Below, one piece after another: positions 1-10,646 of a stretch of DNA of 64,000 nt (positions within the stretch are counted from its first letter, which is position 1; the number at the start of each line of letters is the position of its first letter). Source of the DNA: Gemmatimonadota bacterium (lineage in GTDB: Bacteria; Gemmatimonadota; Gemmatimonadetes; Longimicrobiales; Gaopeijiaceae). The stretch covers positions 32,001 to 96,000 of the forward strand of contig JBDHHQ010000017.1 of the NCBI GenBank assembly GCA_039589315.1, read 5' to 3'. Under the pieces are notes generated by a model, which was not told where the DNA came from, did not search any database, and worked only from the letters and a program-made list of their open reading frames with translations. The position numbers were made by a program, and so were the translations under genes.

Positions 1-836
1 ACCAGCGGGTAGTCCTTCCAGAGGATGGCACTCACCACCAGCCGGCCGAGGCCAGGGCGACTGAACACGGTCTCTGTGACGACCGCCCCCGCGAGCATCG
101 CCCCGAACTGGAGGCCCAGGATCGTGAGCACCGGCAGGAAAGCGTTTCTGAGCGCGTGGCGTAGGTAGATGATGCGCTTGGGCAGCCCCTTTGCTCGGGC
201 CGTGCGTATGTAGTCCTCCACGAGCACTTCCACGAGCGACGCCCGCGTGAGCCGGGCGATCACCCCGGCCGAAATGAGCCCCAGCGACAGGCTCGGCAGC
301 ACCAGGGCCCGGAGCCCCTCCTGGCCCGCGGGAGGAAACCACCCCAGTTGGAAGGAGAACACGAGTATCAACAGCAGACCCAGCCAGAAGAGGGGCAGGG
401 ACACGCCCACGTACGCCAGGATCATGCTGAACGTGTCGATCCACGATCCCTGTTTGAGCGCGGCGAGAATGCCGGTGGTCATGCCGATGACCACGGCGAA
501 GAAGATGCCTCCCAGGCTCAGCGCGAGCGTCGATCCGAGGCGGTCGAGGATGAGGTCGACGACCGGAGAGCGCAGGCGGACCGATGTTCCCAGGTCGCCA
601 GTCACGGCCCCCCCGATGTAGCGGGCGTACTGGACCGGCAGGGGATCGTTCAGCCCCATCTCCTCGCGGAGCTCCTCCATCCTCTCCGGCGTCACCGATC
701 CACTCTCGGCGCCCGACAGCATCAACTGAACTGGATCGCCCGGGAGCGCGTGCATGATCGAGAAGATGATCAGCGAGACGAGGAACAACACGACGCCCAG
801 CTGGGCGACGCGCCCCAGTACGTAGGGGACGAGCAT
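1..836 (-). CDS. Peptide/nickel ABC transporter permease (DppB/OppB family), 3' end runs off window
   Basis: Manual translation from ATG at 836: MLVPYVLGRVAQLGVVLFLVSLIIFSIMHALPGDP...GDLGTS...EDYIRTARAKGL (EAA-loop motif)...ETVFSRPGLGRL...DYPLV; lies downstream of the solute-binding protein gene. Confidence 0.95.
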   Translation of the reverse strand, partial: MLVPYVLGRVAQLGVVLFLVSLIIFSIMHALPGDPVQLMLSGAESGSVTPERMEELREEMGLNDPLPVQYARYIGGAVTGDLGTSVRLRSPVVDLILDRLGSTLALSLGGIFFAVVIGMTTGILAALKQGSWIDTFSMILAYVGVSLPLFWLGLLLILVFSFQLGWFPPAGQEGLRALVLPSLSLGLISAGVIARLTRASLVEVLVEDYIRTARAKGLPKRIIYLRHALRNAFLPVLTILGLQFGAMLAGAVVTETVFSRPGLGRLVVSAILWKDYPL

Positions 837-949
837 CCTACCGACCCGTTACCAAGGCGTGGCGGGCTCTGACGGGCGTCGTGCGGCCGAGGACTCGGTC
901 CGGACGCGTGCTACCGCAGCCACGGGTCTGCTGCTGGGTCCCGTCGGCA

Positions 950-2605
950 TCAGTTCGAGAGGTGGGTGTTGTGGAGGAAGAAGAACTGGCCCTCCGACAT
1001 GAGCTGGAAGTCCTTCACCACGTCCGACACCGCGTAGAAGATCGGTTCGCTGAGAGTGGGCAGCATCAACGCGTTGTCCATCACGATGCGCTGGGCCTGT
1101 CGAGCCAGGTCGCACCGCTTCTCATGATCTGGGACGATACGAAGCTGGCTGACGACCTCGTTCAGCTCGTCATCGACGAAACCGGTCCAGGCCCATCCAC
1201 CCACCACGTCGTGGTCGGAGTTGAAGAGCATGTCCATCAGCATGGGATCCGGACTGCGCTGCCGCTCGTAGATCAGGTCGAAGTCCCGGGCGTTCACCCG
1301 TTCGAGCTGAACCGGGCCGGGCACCTTGTCGATGATCAGGTCGACGCCCAGCGCCCGCCACTGAAGCTGAACCGCCTCGCCGATCTCCTCCCGATCCAGG
1401 ACCGTCCAGCGGAGCGAGAGCGGAGTGCCGTCGGCCACGCCCGCCACCCCGTACGCTTCCCGGATGCCGTCGCCGTCCTGGTCCACGTATCCGACCTGCT
1501 CGAGGAGACGCGTCGCGGCGTCCGGATCGTGCGGGTAGTACCGAGCATTCCCATCCCAGTAGCACGGATGAACCGTGTTGAGGGGGCCATCCGAGACAAG
1601 GTAGTGGCCGTCGTACAACAGGTCGTTGACGGCGTCCTGGTCCGTCCCGTACATGAGGGCCTGTCGGAACGCCAGATCGTCCAGCGGAGGCCTGCGGAGG
1701 TTCATCACCATGGAGCGGCCCGTCCCCGCCTGATAGCCCGTGACGAGGCTGAAGCCCTCCCGGCCCTCGTAGTCGCCGATGTAGGTGGTAGGGAGGTTCA
1801 TGGCGATGTGGGCGTTGCCGGTCCTCACGACGTTACCGAGCACCGCCTCCTCGCCGATGAACCGGACCGTGACGCGCTCTAGCTTCGCCGGGCCCGCCAC
1901 CTCACTGATGGAGTTCCAGCCGCCGTATCCGGCCCACCGTGTCACCGTCACGTGGTCGTTCGGGACCCACTCCTCCAGCGTGAACGGGCCCGCACCCACC
2001 AGATGCCGGTCGAATTCCTGGAGGCCCCAGCGCTCCGCCGCGGTGGGCGACCAGATGGGAATGCGGCGGAAGGCGTCCAGCACGGTGACCCAGGGGACGT
2101 CGTAGTGAAGGGTGACGGTCGTGTCGTCCACGATCTCCACCCGCTGGAGTGGACCGATGTGCGCGGCCATCTCGCCGGACCTGGTTTCGGGCGCCAGGAT
2201 CCGTTCGATGTTGTATTTCAGCGCCTCCGCGGTGAAGGGCGTGTCGTCCTGGAATACGACGTCCGAGCGCAGGACGAAGGTCCAGGCATCGGCGCCCGGT
2301 GACGACGACCATTCCTTGGCCAGAGCGGGGCGGTATTCCCCGTCCGGACCGAGGATCAACAGGGGATCAGCGATGAGGTAGTCGATGAGCCAGGCCGTGT
2401 GGTAGGGCTCGACGTGACCGTCGAGCGACGCGGGCTCCTGGGCCGCATCCCAGGCCATCACGAGCTCGCCGGGTCGACCGATGGTCGAGGCAGCTCTGCT
2501 CGCACCCGGTTCGCCCGAGCCACAGCCCATCGAGGCCAGCCCCATCGAGGCCGCCGCAGCGATATATCGCCGCAGGGCCACCGCGGTGCGGTCAGACGTC
2601 ACCAC
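950..2605 (-). CDS. ABC transporter substrate-binding protein, family 5 (peptide/nickel), probable lipoprotein
   Basis: PALAKEW, F-LR-DVVFQDDTPFTAE, GAGPFTLEEW family-5 motifs; lipobox-like SMGC; same orientation as the permease. Confidence 0.93.
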   Translation of the reverse strand: MVTSDRTAVALRRYIAAAASMGLASMGCGSGEPGASRAASTIGRPGELVMAWDAAQEPASLDGHVEPYHTAWLIDYLIADPLLILGPDGEYRPALAKEWSSSPGADAWTFVLRSDVVFQDDTPFTAEALKYNIERILAPETRSGEMAAHIGPLQRVEIVDDTTVTLHYDVPWVTVLDAFRRIPIWSPTAAERWGLQEFDRHLVGAGPFTLEEWVPNDHVTVTRWAGYGGWNSISEVAGPAKLERVTVRFIGEEAVLGNVVRTGNAHIAMNLPTTYIGDYEGREGFSLVTGYQAGTGRSMVMNLRRPPLDDLAFRQALMYGTDQDAVNDLLYDGHYLVSDGPLNTVHPCYWDGNARYYPHDPDAATRLLEQVGYVDQDGDGIREAYGVAGVADGTPLSLRWTVLDREEIGEAVQLQWRALGVDLIIDKVPGPVQLERVNARDFDLIYERQRSPDPMLMDMLFNSDHDVVGGWAWTGFVDDELNEVVSQLRIVPDHEKRCDLARQAQRIVMDNALMLPTLSEPIFYAVSDVVKDFQLMSEGQFFFLHNTHLSN

Positions 2606-2620
2606 GCGACTCCGCTCGGC

Positions 2621-3472
2621 TCACCGTCTCGGTGTGCCACGCGACGCCTTCCACGCCCCGTAGCGCTGGCGGAGCGTCGACACCGGGTTGGCGTCCTCGT
2701 GCACCTCGATGTTCTCGTCGGTGACGTCGATGTACAGGGAATAGTCGCCGTCGTTGACGCCCTCTCCCTCGGGGTCCCCGGGATCGGCGGCCAGGAGATA
2801 CGCAACGTGGGCGTTACGTCCGTGGCAGGGCGCCTCGGGCACGGGCTCGGTCTCGCAGGTACAGCGCACATCTCCCCCGGCCTCGTCCGCGCCTTCCATC
2901 GCGGCCATCACGCGGTCGGTCAGCGTCCCCTCGCTGGTCATGAAGCGGTGCACGGCGTCGTAGACCACGTCATCCGAGGCCAGGATGTTGCCCTGGATGG
3001 AGAAGTAGATCTCGTGGTCGGGCAAGCGACCCTGAACCGAGAGCGATGCGGGGCGGTTCTCTGCTCCTGAAAAGCCAGCCATACGTCCCTGGAGGTCCAC
3101 GATTCCGAACTGACGGCGCTCGAAGTCGGGGTCCGCGCCGAGAAGCGCGAGGATCTCGGCTGGATCGGTCCCCTTCTTCAGCTCCGCGTAAATGAGCTGC
3201 TGGTTCGCCCGCGTGCGGTCCACTCCAGCCTGGGCGGCGGCAACACCGATGCCCGGTACGACGATGGCCTGGACGTCCATCAGGCCTTCTGCAGGAAAGC
3301 CGACCAATCGGGATTGGGGAACGCAGGTGGCCGAAGCGATCACGACGCGTCCCGTGCGCGCGTCCACGGCAATGATGGACCACGTCGCCAGCAGGGGGGC
3401 AGGGACCACGGCCAAGGCGAGCACCGCGGCCAACGCCCTGCCTGCGACTGACCGAACCAGGGGCCTCCGCAT
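2621..3472 (-). CDS. DUF1028-family Ntn-hydrolase-like exported protein
   Basis: Signal peptide followed by A-TWSIIAVD (N-terminal Thr), RQFGIVD, QGNIL, AGGD-R motifs. Confidence 0.8.
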   Translation of the reverse strand: MRRPLVRSVAGRALAAVLALAVVPAPLLATWSIIAVDARTGRVVIASATCVPQSRLVGFPAEGLMDVQAIVVPGIGVAAAQAGVDRTRANQQLIYAELKKGTDPAEILALLGADPDFERRQFGIVDLQGRMAGFSGAENRPASLSVQGRLPDHEIYFSIQGNILASDDVVYDAVHRFMTSEGTLTDRVMAAMEGADEAGGDVRCTCETEPVPEAPCHGRNAHVAYLLAADPGDPEGEGVNDGDYSLYIDVTDENIEVHEDANPVSTLRQRYGAWKASRGTPRR

Positions 3473-3814
3473 GGGTCACCTCCTCTGGGTTTGGCGCGGC
3501 GCCTCGGGGGCTCACGGGACCTGGCGTCACGACTCACGATTCGAGAGCTCCGGAGTCGTGGCAGGGAGGATGGGTCGGGCCTTCGCCTTCACACAAGTGG
3601 GCGGTCCGGAGCGCAGGCCCGATTCGTCGGGGTGGTCCTCTCCGGCGCACGCTCTCGAAGAGCGAGCCCGGGGCGTACGAGTGGAGGGGCAGGGCCCCGG
3701 GTGGTGGGGCAGGGAGGACGCAGAACGTTCGCACGCTTGATCCACGTCCGGGCACGAGCGCATCTTGACGGGTCGGTCGCGCCTTTCGGCGCTCGTCTCC
3801 CGAGAAGGGCCGCG

Positions 3815-6214
3815 ATGTCCCAGCTGAAGAACATCCTGCAGGAGATCCATCGGCGCTCGGTGTGGCAGGTGTTGGGCGTGTACCTGGCCGTGTCCTGGGT
3901 CGTGCTACAGGTCGTGGAGACGCTCACCGAGAGCGCCGGGCTGCCCGACTGGGTGCCGCCGGGAGCGCTGGTCCTCCTGCTGATCGGGCTGCCCATCGTC
4001 CTCGCGACCGCGGTCGTGCAGGAGGGCGTCGGGGGATCACGGGATGTGGCGCGGGGTCACGGTCACGAGGCGAATGCGTCCACCCGTGCGGCGGACCCCG
4101 GCGAGTCGATGGAAGCGGACCTCGGGTCGACAGTCGCCCAGAACCTGGCCGCCGGCACAGGATCTCTCGATCGCCCCAGCACGCGCCCGTCGGCGACCCG
4201 GCGGCTCTTCACCTGGCGCAACGCGATCCTGGGAGGCGTCCTGGCGTTCGCGCTGCTCGCGGTGGCCATCGGCGGCTACTGGGTCATGTGGGCATCCGGC
4301 ATCGGGCCCGTCGGCTCGCTGGTCGCCCAGGGCGTTCTCGAAGAGCGGGATCCGGTGATCCTCTCGGATTTCGAGAACCTGACGCCGGACCCGGCGCTGA
4401 GCGAGGTCGTGACGGAAGCGCTCCGAGTGGACCTCGATCGGTCCGAGGTGCTGTCCGTCCTGAGTCCGGCCGCCGTCGGTCAGGTGCTCCGCCGTATGAA
4501 CCGGGCCGATGAGGAAGTCCTCGGTGCCGAGCTGGCCCGGGAGGTGGCGTTGCGCGAAGGCGTCAAGGCGGTGATCGAGGGCGAGGTCGGGGCAGCGGGC
4601 TCGGGCTACGTGTTGACCGCACGGCTGACCGGCGCGCAAGGGGACGTGCTCGCATCGTTTCGGGTCGCGGCTCGTGACGGCGATGAGATGATCGACGCCA
4701 TCGACGAGCTTTCCCAGGACATCCGGGAGAGGTCCGGGGAGTCTCTCCGGGCCATCAAAGGCGGCGAGCCGCTCAGTGCGGTCACCACCGGATCGGTCGA
4801 GGCGCTGAGGCTGTACTCTCAGGCGATCAAGCGCTCCACGTGGGGGGATCGAGCCGGCGCGGTGCGCCTCCTCGAGGACGCCATCGAGCTCGATCCCGAG
4901 TTCGCCATGGCGTACCGCAAGCTCGGCGTCGAGTTGGGAAACCTGGGTATGGACCCGGAACGGGCACTCCAAGCCGTGACCAGGGCCTACGAGCTCAGGA
5001 GCCGGCTGACGGACCGTGAGCGGGGCCTCGCCGAGGCCTACTACTTCACCAATGCCCAGTCCGACCCGGCTCGTGCTGCCGAAGCCTACGAACGGGTGTT
5101 GAGCCGGTACCCGGACGACCCCACCGCGCTGAACAACCTGGCGCTGCTGTACCCGCGTCAGGGGCGATTCGATGAAGCGGTCGCCCTGCTGGAACGCGCC
5201 GTGAGCGGTCCCGCAGCAACCGCGCCCGCATACAGCAACCTGTTCGCCGGCCTGTGGGACTCCCGGCGCGAGGCCGAGGCCGAAGCGCTGTTGGCCGAGG
5301 CCCGTGCCCGGTACCCCAACTCGGACATGGTCGCCGACATGGGCGGTCGCCTCGCTCTGGCCCGACATCGGTGGGACGAGGCGCACGAGTTGTCCGCCGG
5401 GAGAGCGCGCCGTTTCGGAGCCCAGCCCCCGTCGCACCTCGAGGCCCTTTACCACATGGCTTCTGCCGACGCCGCCCGTGGCAAGCTCGAGGAAGCGCGC
5501 CGGCACTCCGAGCAGGCCCTGCGGATCGCTCGGGAGGAGGATCAGACATCGTGGGTGTGGGCGGCGGCCGGCCACCAGGCCTGGTACGAGCTCTTCGTGG
5601 CTCGTTCGACGTCCCGGGCCTCTGCGTTGCTCGAGGGCGCCCTGGACACAGCCCCGTACACCGGCGGCTTCACTGGTTCGTGGGATCTCCTCAACCTGCT
5701 TTCGTTCTGGTCTCTCGCCGGCGAAGTGGAGCGCGCCGCCGAGTTGGGCGAGCTATTCCAGGACAGCCCCGAACAGGACCGATTCGCGTCTGAGGCGGGG
5801 CTTTACTTCGATTGGGCTCAAGGGCTGGCTCGAGACGACGCCCAGACGGCCTTGGATGCCATACGCCTGAGCATGGAGCGGGAGCTCCAGTGCCAGGAAA
5901 GGCGGTGCTGGGGGCACTTCGAGTCCGGTCTGGCCTTGGAGGCCCTGGGTCGGACCGACGAGGCGATCCAAGCCTACGAGATGCACCTGGGCGGTACGGA
6001 TCTCGGCGACGCCGACTGGGACGGGGCGAACTATGCGGCGTCGCTGGAGCAGCTATGCCATCTCTCGGCAGACGTGGAAGATGCCGCCAGGGTCCAGGAG
6101 CACTGTGGAGCGTTGGTTCGGCTCTGGGCCGAAGCGGACGCGGAGCTCGAGCCCAGGATACAGTCCGCCCGGGAGCGCATGGCCGGATCCTTGCCGGCCG
6201 ACGTGGGGCCCTGA
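3815..6214 (+). CDS. Membrane-anchored TolB-N-like/TPR protein
   Basis: Start at ATG 3815 (MSQLKNILQEIHRRSVWQVLGVYL); three TM helices, then DFENLT domain, then TPRs (AIELDPEFAMAYRKLG, YPDDPTALNNLA). Confidence 0.85.
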   Translation: MSQLKNILQEIHRRSVWQVLGVYLAVSWVVLQVVETLTESAGLPDWVPPGALVLLLIGLPIVLATAVVQEGVGGSRDVARGHGHEANASTRAADPGESMEADLGSTVAQNLAAGTGSLDRPSTRPSATRRLFTWRNAILGGVLAFALLAVAIGGYWVMWASGIGPVGSLVAQGVLEERDPVILSDFENLTPDPALSEVVTEALRVDLDRSEVLSVLSPAAVGQVLRRMNRADEEVLGAELAREVALREGVKAVIEGEVGAAGSGYVLTARLTGAQGDVLASFRVAARDGDEMIDAIDELSQDIRERSGESLRAIKGGEPLSAVTTGSVEALRLYSQAIKRSTWGDRAGAVRLLEDAIELDPEFAMAYRKLGVELGNLGMDPERALQAVTRAYELRSRLTDRERGLAEAYYFTNAQSDPARAAEAYERVLSRYPDDPTALNNLALLYPRQGRFDEAVALLERAVSGPAATAPAYSNLFAGLWDSRREAEAEALLAEARARYPNSDMVADMGGRLALARHRWDEAHELSAGRARRFGAQPPSHLEALYHMASADAARGKLEEARRHSEQALRIAREEDQTSWVWAAAGHQAWYELFVARSTSRASALLEGALDTAPYTGGFTGSWDLLNLLSFWSLAGEVERAAELGELFQDSPEQDRFASEAGLYFDWAQGLARDDAQTALDAIRLSMERELQCQERRCWGHFESGLALEALGRTDEAIQAYEMHLGGTDLGDADWDGANYAASLEQLCHLSADVEDAARVQEHCGALVRLWAEADAELEPRIQSARERMAGSLPADVGP

Positions 6215-6397
6215 GGGGCTCCAGACTCGGCCGTACCCAATTCCGCAGAGGCGGTAGTCGCTCGTCACCCACAGCACTCGAACCGCCTCAGGTGTCCCTT
6301 GGCCGGGACGTGCCGGGCATTCGGGGGCAGGTGAAGGTCGCCGGAATCCGACGCTGCAATTCCACAACACCGCCGACAGATCGTCCCAGGAGCTCCA

Positions 6398-7557
6398 ATG
6401 ATCAGCCGCACGCTTGCTGCCGCCGTGATCACAGCCGCCTTCCTCGTCTCCGCCTGCGCGGACGCCGGTCCTGCCGATGCCGGTCCGAGCGAGCCGCCTA
6501 CTTGACGCTCATGGGCAGCGACACGCTCGCGATCGAGTGGATGGAGTTCGGGGACGGCTACCTGGACGCCCAGGCCCTGATCAGAGGGTCCCGCACGACG
6601 TTCGGCGAGTATCACCTCGAGATGTCCGAAGGCGGGGAGGTGACGGCGTTCAGCGGGAACGTCTACGCCGGCGGCTCCAACACCGGTGAGCTGCTCCGCT
6701 CAACCGTCCTCGTCCACGATGATGCGGGGCTGGCGCTCGTCGTGAATCAGGGAAGTGAGGAGCGGCGGACCGGCTTCGCCGGCGAGCCCGGATCGGTGCC
6801 GTTCATCGACATGCTGCACTGGCCGTTCGAGGCGGCGTTGCGCTGGCAGGTGGGCAGGGGCGAGATGTCGGAGGAGATCCCGACGTTCACGGGGCGCGGC
6901 ATGCGCTTCGGCCTCATCCCGAACGATGACGGGAGCTGGGGCCTACGCCACCCCAGCCGCGGTGTGTCGACCATGGAGACGGATGCCGAGGGGAGGATCC
7001 TCCGGCTCGACGGCACCGGCTCGACCCGTGCCTATCAGCTGTCGCGCATCCCGTACGACCAGCTCGAGCCTGGCGTCATGGGCACCACATTCGCCGATCG
7101 GCCCCTGGGCGAGCTGTCCGGCCGTGGCCAGATCGACGACACGGTGGCGGGTGTTCGTTTCACGGGGGACTACGGCACGCCTCGGCGTCGGGGGCGCGAC
7201 ATCTTCGGTAGCCTGCTCGCCTACGGAGTGTGGTGGCGGACCGGGGCCAACCGGGCCACGCACTTCTCCCTGGACCGTGACATCGTCATCGACGGCAAGG
7301 TGATTCCGGCCGGCGACTACACTCTCTCCTCGATTCCGGAAGAGGACGGGGGCACCCTCATCATCAACACGCGCACCGGTCAGGGCGGACAGAGCTATGA
7401 CGAGACGCTCGACCTGGCCCGGGTCGAGCTGAGGCGTGACCGGCTCGACGAGACCGTCGAGGTGTTCGAGATCCGCGTGGTCGAGCTCGAGAGCGGAGGG
7501 CGCATCGAGTTGCGTTGGGACGACACGGTGTACTGGGTACCGTTCGCCCTTCCGTAG
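6398..7557 (+). pseudogene. DUF2911-domain lipoprotein, frameshifted near 6486 (pseudogene or sequencing error)
   Basis: RBS AGGAG and ATG at 6398 give a lipoprotein signal (FLVSAC) that stops at TGA 6503. The body (YGTPRRRGRDIFG, WRTGANRAT, WDDT) is in another frame. One extra base in GGT-CC-GAG would fuse the two. Confidence 0.75.
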
Positions 7558-7664
7558 GCCGGCGCAACCACAGGACGAAGCGCCTCGGCTTTGGGACGCT
7601 CCGCTTCAAGCCGACACCGCGGCGCCCTCACACCCGCGAGACGTCTCGGCCGGAGGCCGGAGCT

Positions 7665-10646
7665 TCAGCGTGTGGGCCGGCCCATCCGTTCGATCAGCGG
7701 AGTCATCCCGAGGCCCGCCTCCTCCAGGAGCGAGCCGAGCGCGGCTGCCTCGGCCTCACTGGCGAACGCGCCGGCGTACACCCGATACACCATCCGGCCT
7801 CCGCTCACCGGGAACTCGGCCAGATAGGCCGGAATCCCACGTTCGCGGGCCGTGGCTACCCGCCCCTTGGCCTCCGGGTAGTCCTCGAACGCACCCAGTA
7901 GGAAGGTCAGGCCGGTGGAACGAACCGTGGCGCTGCTCGACGCAGCCCTTCCCAGGAAGCCGGTGAGCGAGGTGCGAAGCCCCTCGGCTTCGCTCGCGGT
8001 CGCCGCCGGACCGGCCACGACCCGGTAGACGAGGCCGCCCTCGGCCCTCACCGGCACCTCGATGAACTCGAGGTGTGGGAACTTGGCCTGCAGCGAAGAC
8101 GACTGTGCCCGTGCCGACGCGATTCGGCTGTGGGAGCCGACCTCCAACCCGTACGCCATCAGCCCGGACGGGCGCGTGGACGGAGGCGGCGGCGTCAGGT
8201 CGTCCCTGGCAGTCGACGTGGGCGCAGGCGGCGTGGGCTCGGCGGCGGTCGCCTCGTCAGGTCCCGAGGGGGCGGCTTCCACCACCGGGGGCTCCTCGGT
8301 GGGCGGTGAGGCCGCGGGCTGGTCAGGCGTCTCGTCCGCGGGCTGGTCAGGCGTCTCGTCCGCAGGCCGTTCAGGCGTCTCGTCCGCGGGCCGGGCCGGT
8401 GTCTCGTCCGCGGGCCGGGCCGGTGTCTCGACGGCGGGCTCGGCCGGTGTCTCGGCGGGCCGAGAGGCAGCCTGGTCGCCGGCCGCTGGAGAGGCCGTGG
8501 GCGTCGGAGTCTCGGCGGGTGCCCGTTCAGTGGCTCGGGCGCTCGCATCTCGCGCCGGGGCGTCCGTGGGATCGGGCTCCTCGGCACGGTCGGCGGGAGT
8601 CGGGTCCGCAGTGCGGCTGCGTTCTTCCGCGGGGGGCGGGCCGGCCCGGTCGGGGGCGGTCGCGCCGGGCGCCGGCGTCCGATCCGGTGACGGCCTGGTG
8701 GCCCGCCGAGCCGACGGATCGGTCGCAGTCGGCGCATCCGCCTGGTCAGCGGCGGTTCGCTCGGAAGGCGCGGCCGGTGGCTGGGCGGTCGGTGGATCGC
8801 TGGCAGCCTTCGCCTCGGTCGGGCCACCCGGGACCCGGCCCGATGTCTCGTCGGATGCCTCGTCGGGAGTCGCGCTCCCAGCAGCCACTCGGGACGTCTG
8901 GTCAACCACGGACGAGGTCTCTCCACCGGCGGGGCCTGCCTCGGCAAGGGCCACGCCGGCTTCGTCCCCATCGGCAGGACCGGATTCGGCGGTCTCCTCC
9001 GGGTCGCCACCGCCCAACGCGCGCCACGGGTCTCCCAACTGCGGGTCCGCAGCCAACGCCTCGGGCGTCGCAGCCGGCGTCATGGTGCCCGGGCGTAGGC
9101 CGCCGTCGAACTCGGGGTCGTCGGTCGGCCGCACGGTCGTGAGACCAATGGCACCGGCGCCAATGACGACGACAGCGATGGTCGCCGCGACGCGGAGGGC
9201 GGACTTCCGTGACCGACCGATATCCCTCGCGCCGGGGAGGCCTTCGAACTCTGCGGCCAGAGCTTCGTCAGGCCAGTCGTCGCGCTCGGTCTCGCCCTGA
9301 TCGCTCCGCCGAGCGAAGGGGTTCGGGACGGCGTCCATATCGAAGGCGGGTCCCTCGGGCTCCACAAAGGCCTCAGCCTCGAGCTCGGCGGCGTCTACCT
9401 CCGCATCGAGCTCACCCCTGTCCGCTTGGGCGGCGAAGGGATCCAGGCTCGCATGCTCGGTCGCTTCCACGACCTCGTCGGCGTCCGCCCGTCGATCGCC
9501 TCTGTCCTCCCATGGGTAGGCGGACTCTTCATGTTCCTCAGATGACTCCGGCCAGGAGTCGGGGGGTCCGCTCCAGTCCTGCGAGGACTCCACCAGGTCG
9601 TCGCTTTGCTCTTCGAAGACCTGAGGCGGCTCTTCCGCCGCCTCCGGGACCGACTCTGTGAAGACGGCGTCGATGACAGCGCTCGACTGCTCGGCGAACT
9701 CGGCGTCGAGAGCCTCTCCTGGATCTGCCGCGGCCTGGGCGTCCTCGCGAGCCTCGGCCGCAGGGGCTTTCTGGACCTGCTCCAAGGTCGCATGTAGCTC
9801 GGGCGCCAGCGTGTCGATCACGATGATGCCCGCGTCGGCCGCCTCGGACTCGGGCGCCACGGACCAGGCTGGGTGCTCATGCGCGTCGCCGTCGGTCTCC
9901 GAGCGATGGTCGTTCTGCGGGAGGACTTCGTCCTGGGAAGAGTCCTCTTCGTCGGCGACGGTCTCGCCATCCTCGAAGCCTGCGAATACCTCCACCTGGC
10001 CGCCGTCCTCGTCCCAGGCTTCGGCCTCTGGCGGGCCGACAGTGGCCGGCTCGGTTGGCGGCGCGAGCCGTACCACAGTACCGGGAAACTCCTCCGCGAA
10101 GTCCGTGTCCGAGTCGCCCGGCGCTGCCATCAGCACCAAGGTGTCCGCCAGAGCGATGATGTCCCGGGAGCCAGCGGCGGCAAGAGGCACGTGGAGGACC
10201 ACGGTCGTTCCTCGGGCGATCTCACGACCCAGCAGCTTGCTCCAGGCCCGATGGCTCCGAACGAGCGCTGGGTCACCGGCCACGGTCCCGGCCTGGACCA
10301 GGCGAACCGTACCCTTGCGGACGGTCCGGGACACCCGCTGAAGTGACGCCGAGAACAGGAAGACGTCAGTGATGCCCTCTCCCGGGGGCTCGGCCAGCGC
10401 GACATGCAGTGTCGGTGCCTCGAGACCCAGGTCGATGAGTATCGCAGTGTCATCGACGCCGCCACACAGCTCAGCGACCCGCAGGGCCACGAGGGCCGGC
10501 CAGTCTCCCCCCTCCGCAGCGGGCGCGACTGCCGTTACGACCACGGCTCCCCGCTCCTCGTCTAGAGGTCGGAGGGAGAGGAGGGATTCCGGCACACTAC
10601 CGGACGAGGGGTCGAAGGGCTCCCAGCCCGTGTTCTCCGATGTCAT
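7665..10646 (-). CDS. SPOR-domain membrane protein with degenerate N-terminal MinD/BY-kinase-like domain and long disordered linkers
   Basis: N-terminal ILIDLGLEAPTLH...GITDVFL; acidic low-complexity region; TM ALRVAATIAVVVIGAGAIGL; Pro/Ala/Thr linker; two C-terminal SPOR-like units (YRVVAGP, YRVYAGAF). Start uncertain. Confidence 0.8.
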   Translation of the reverse strand: MTSENTGWEPFDPSSGSVPESLLSLRPLDEERGAVVVTAVAPAAEGGDWPALVALRVAELCGGVDDTAILIDLGLEAPTLHVALAEPPGEGITDVFLFSASLQRVSRTVRKGTVRLVQAGTVAGDPALVRSHRAWSKLLGREIARGTTVVLHVPLAAAGSRDIIALADTLVLMAAPGDSDTDFAEEFPGTVVRLAPPTEPATVGPPEAEAWDEDGGQVEVFAGFEDGETVADEEDSSQDEVLPQNDHRSETDGDAHEHPAWSVAPESEAADAGIIVIDTLAPELHATLEQVQKAPAAEAREDAQAAADPGEALDAEFAEQSSAVIDAVFTESVPEAAEEPPQVFEEQSDDLVESSQDWSGPPDSWPESSEEHEESAYPWEDRGDRRADADEVVEATEHASLDPFAAQADRGELDAEVDAAELEAEAFVEPEGPAFDMDAVPNPFARRSDQGETERDDWPDEALAAEFEGLPGARDIGRSRKSALRVAATIAVVVIGAGAIGLTTVRPTDDPEFDGGLRPGTMTPAATPEALAADPQLGDPWRALGGGDPEETAESGPADGDEAGVALAEAGPAGGETSSVVDQTSRVAAGSATPDEASDETSGRVPGGPTEAKAASDPPTAQPPAAPSERTAADQADAPTATDPSARRATRPSPDRTPAPGATAPDRAGPPPAEERSRTADPTPADRAEEPDPTDAPARDASARATERAPAETPTPTASPAAGDQAASRPAETPAEPAVETPARPADETPARPADETPERPADETPDQPADETPDQPAASPPTEEPPVVEAAPSGPDEATAAEPTPPAPTSTARDDLTPPPPSTRPSGLMAYGLEVGSHSRIASARAQSSSLQAKFPHLEFIEVPVRAEGGLVYRVVAGPAATASEAEGLRTSLTGFLGRAASSSATVRSTGLTFLLGAFEDYPEAKGRVATARERGIPAYLAEFPVSGGRMVYRVYAGAFASEAEAAALGSLLEEAGLGMTPLIERMGRPTR
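8314..8460 (-). repeat. Intragenic 24-bp tandem repeat (about 6 degenerate copies) encoding PADETP(A/E/D)(R/Q)
   Basis: GCGGGCTGGTCAGGCGTCTCGTCC-like units recur at period 24 from 8314. Confidence 0.9.

Noticed and set aside
6248..6290. GAGGCGGT...ACCGCCTC stem as a glycine or lysine riboswitch
   Set aside because: The conserved aptamer motifs are missing; it is more likely a generic intergenic hairpin.
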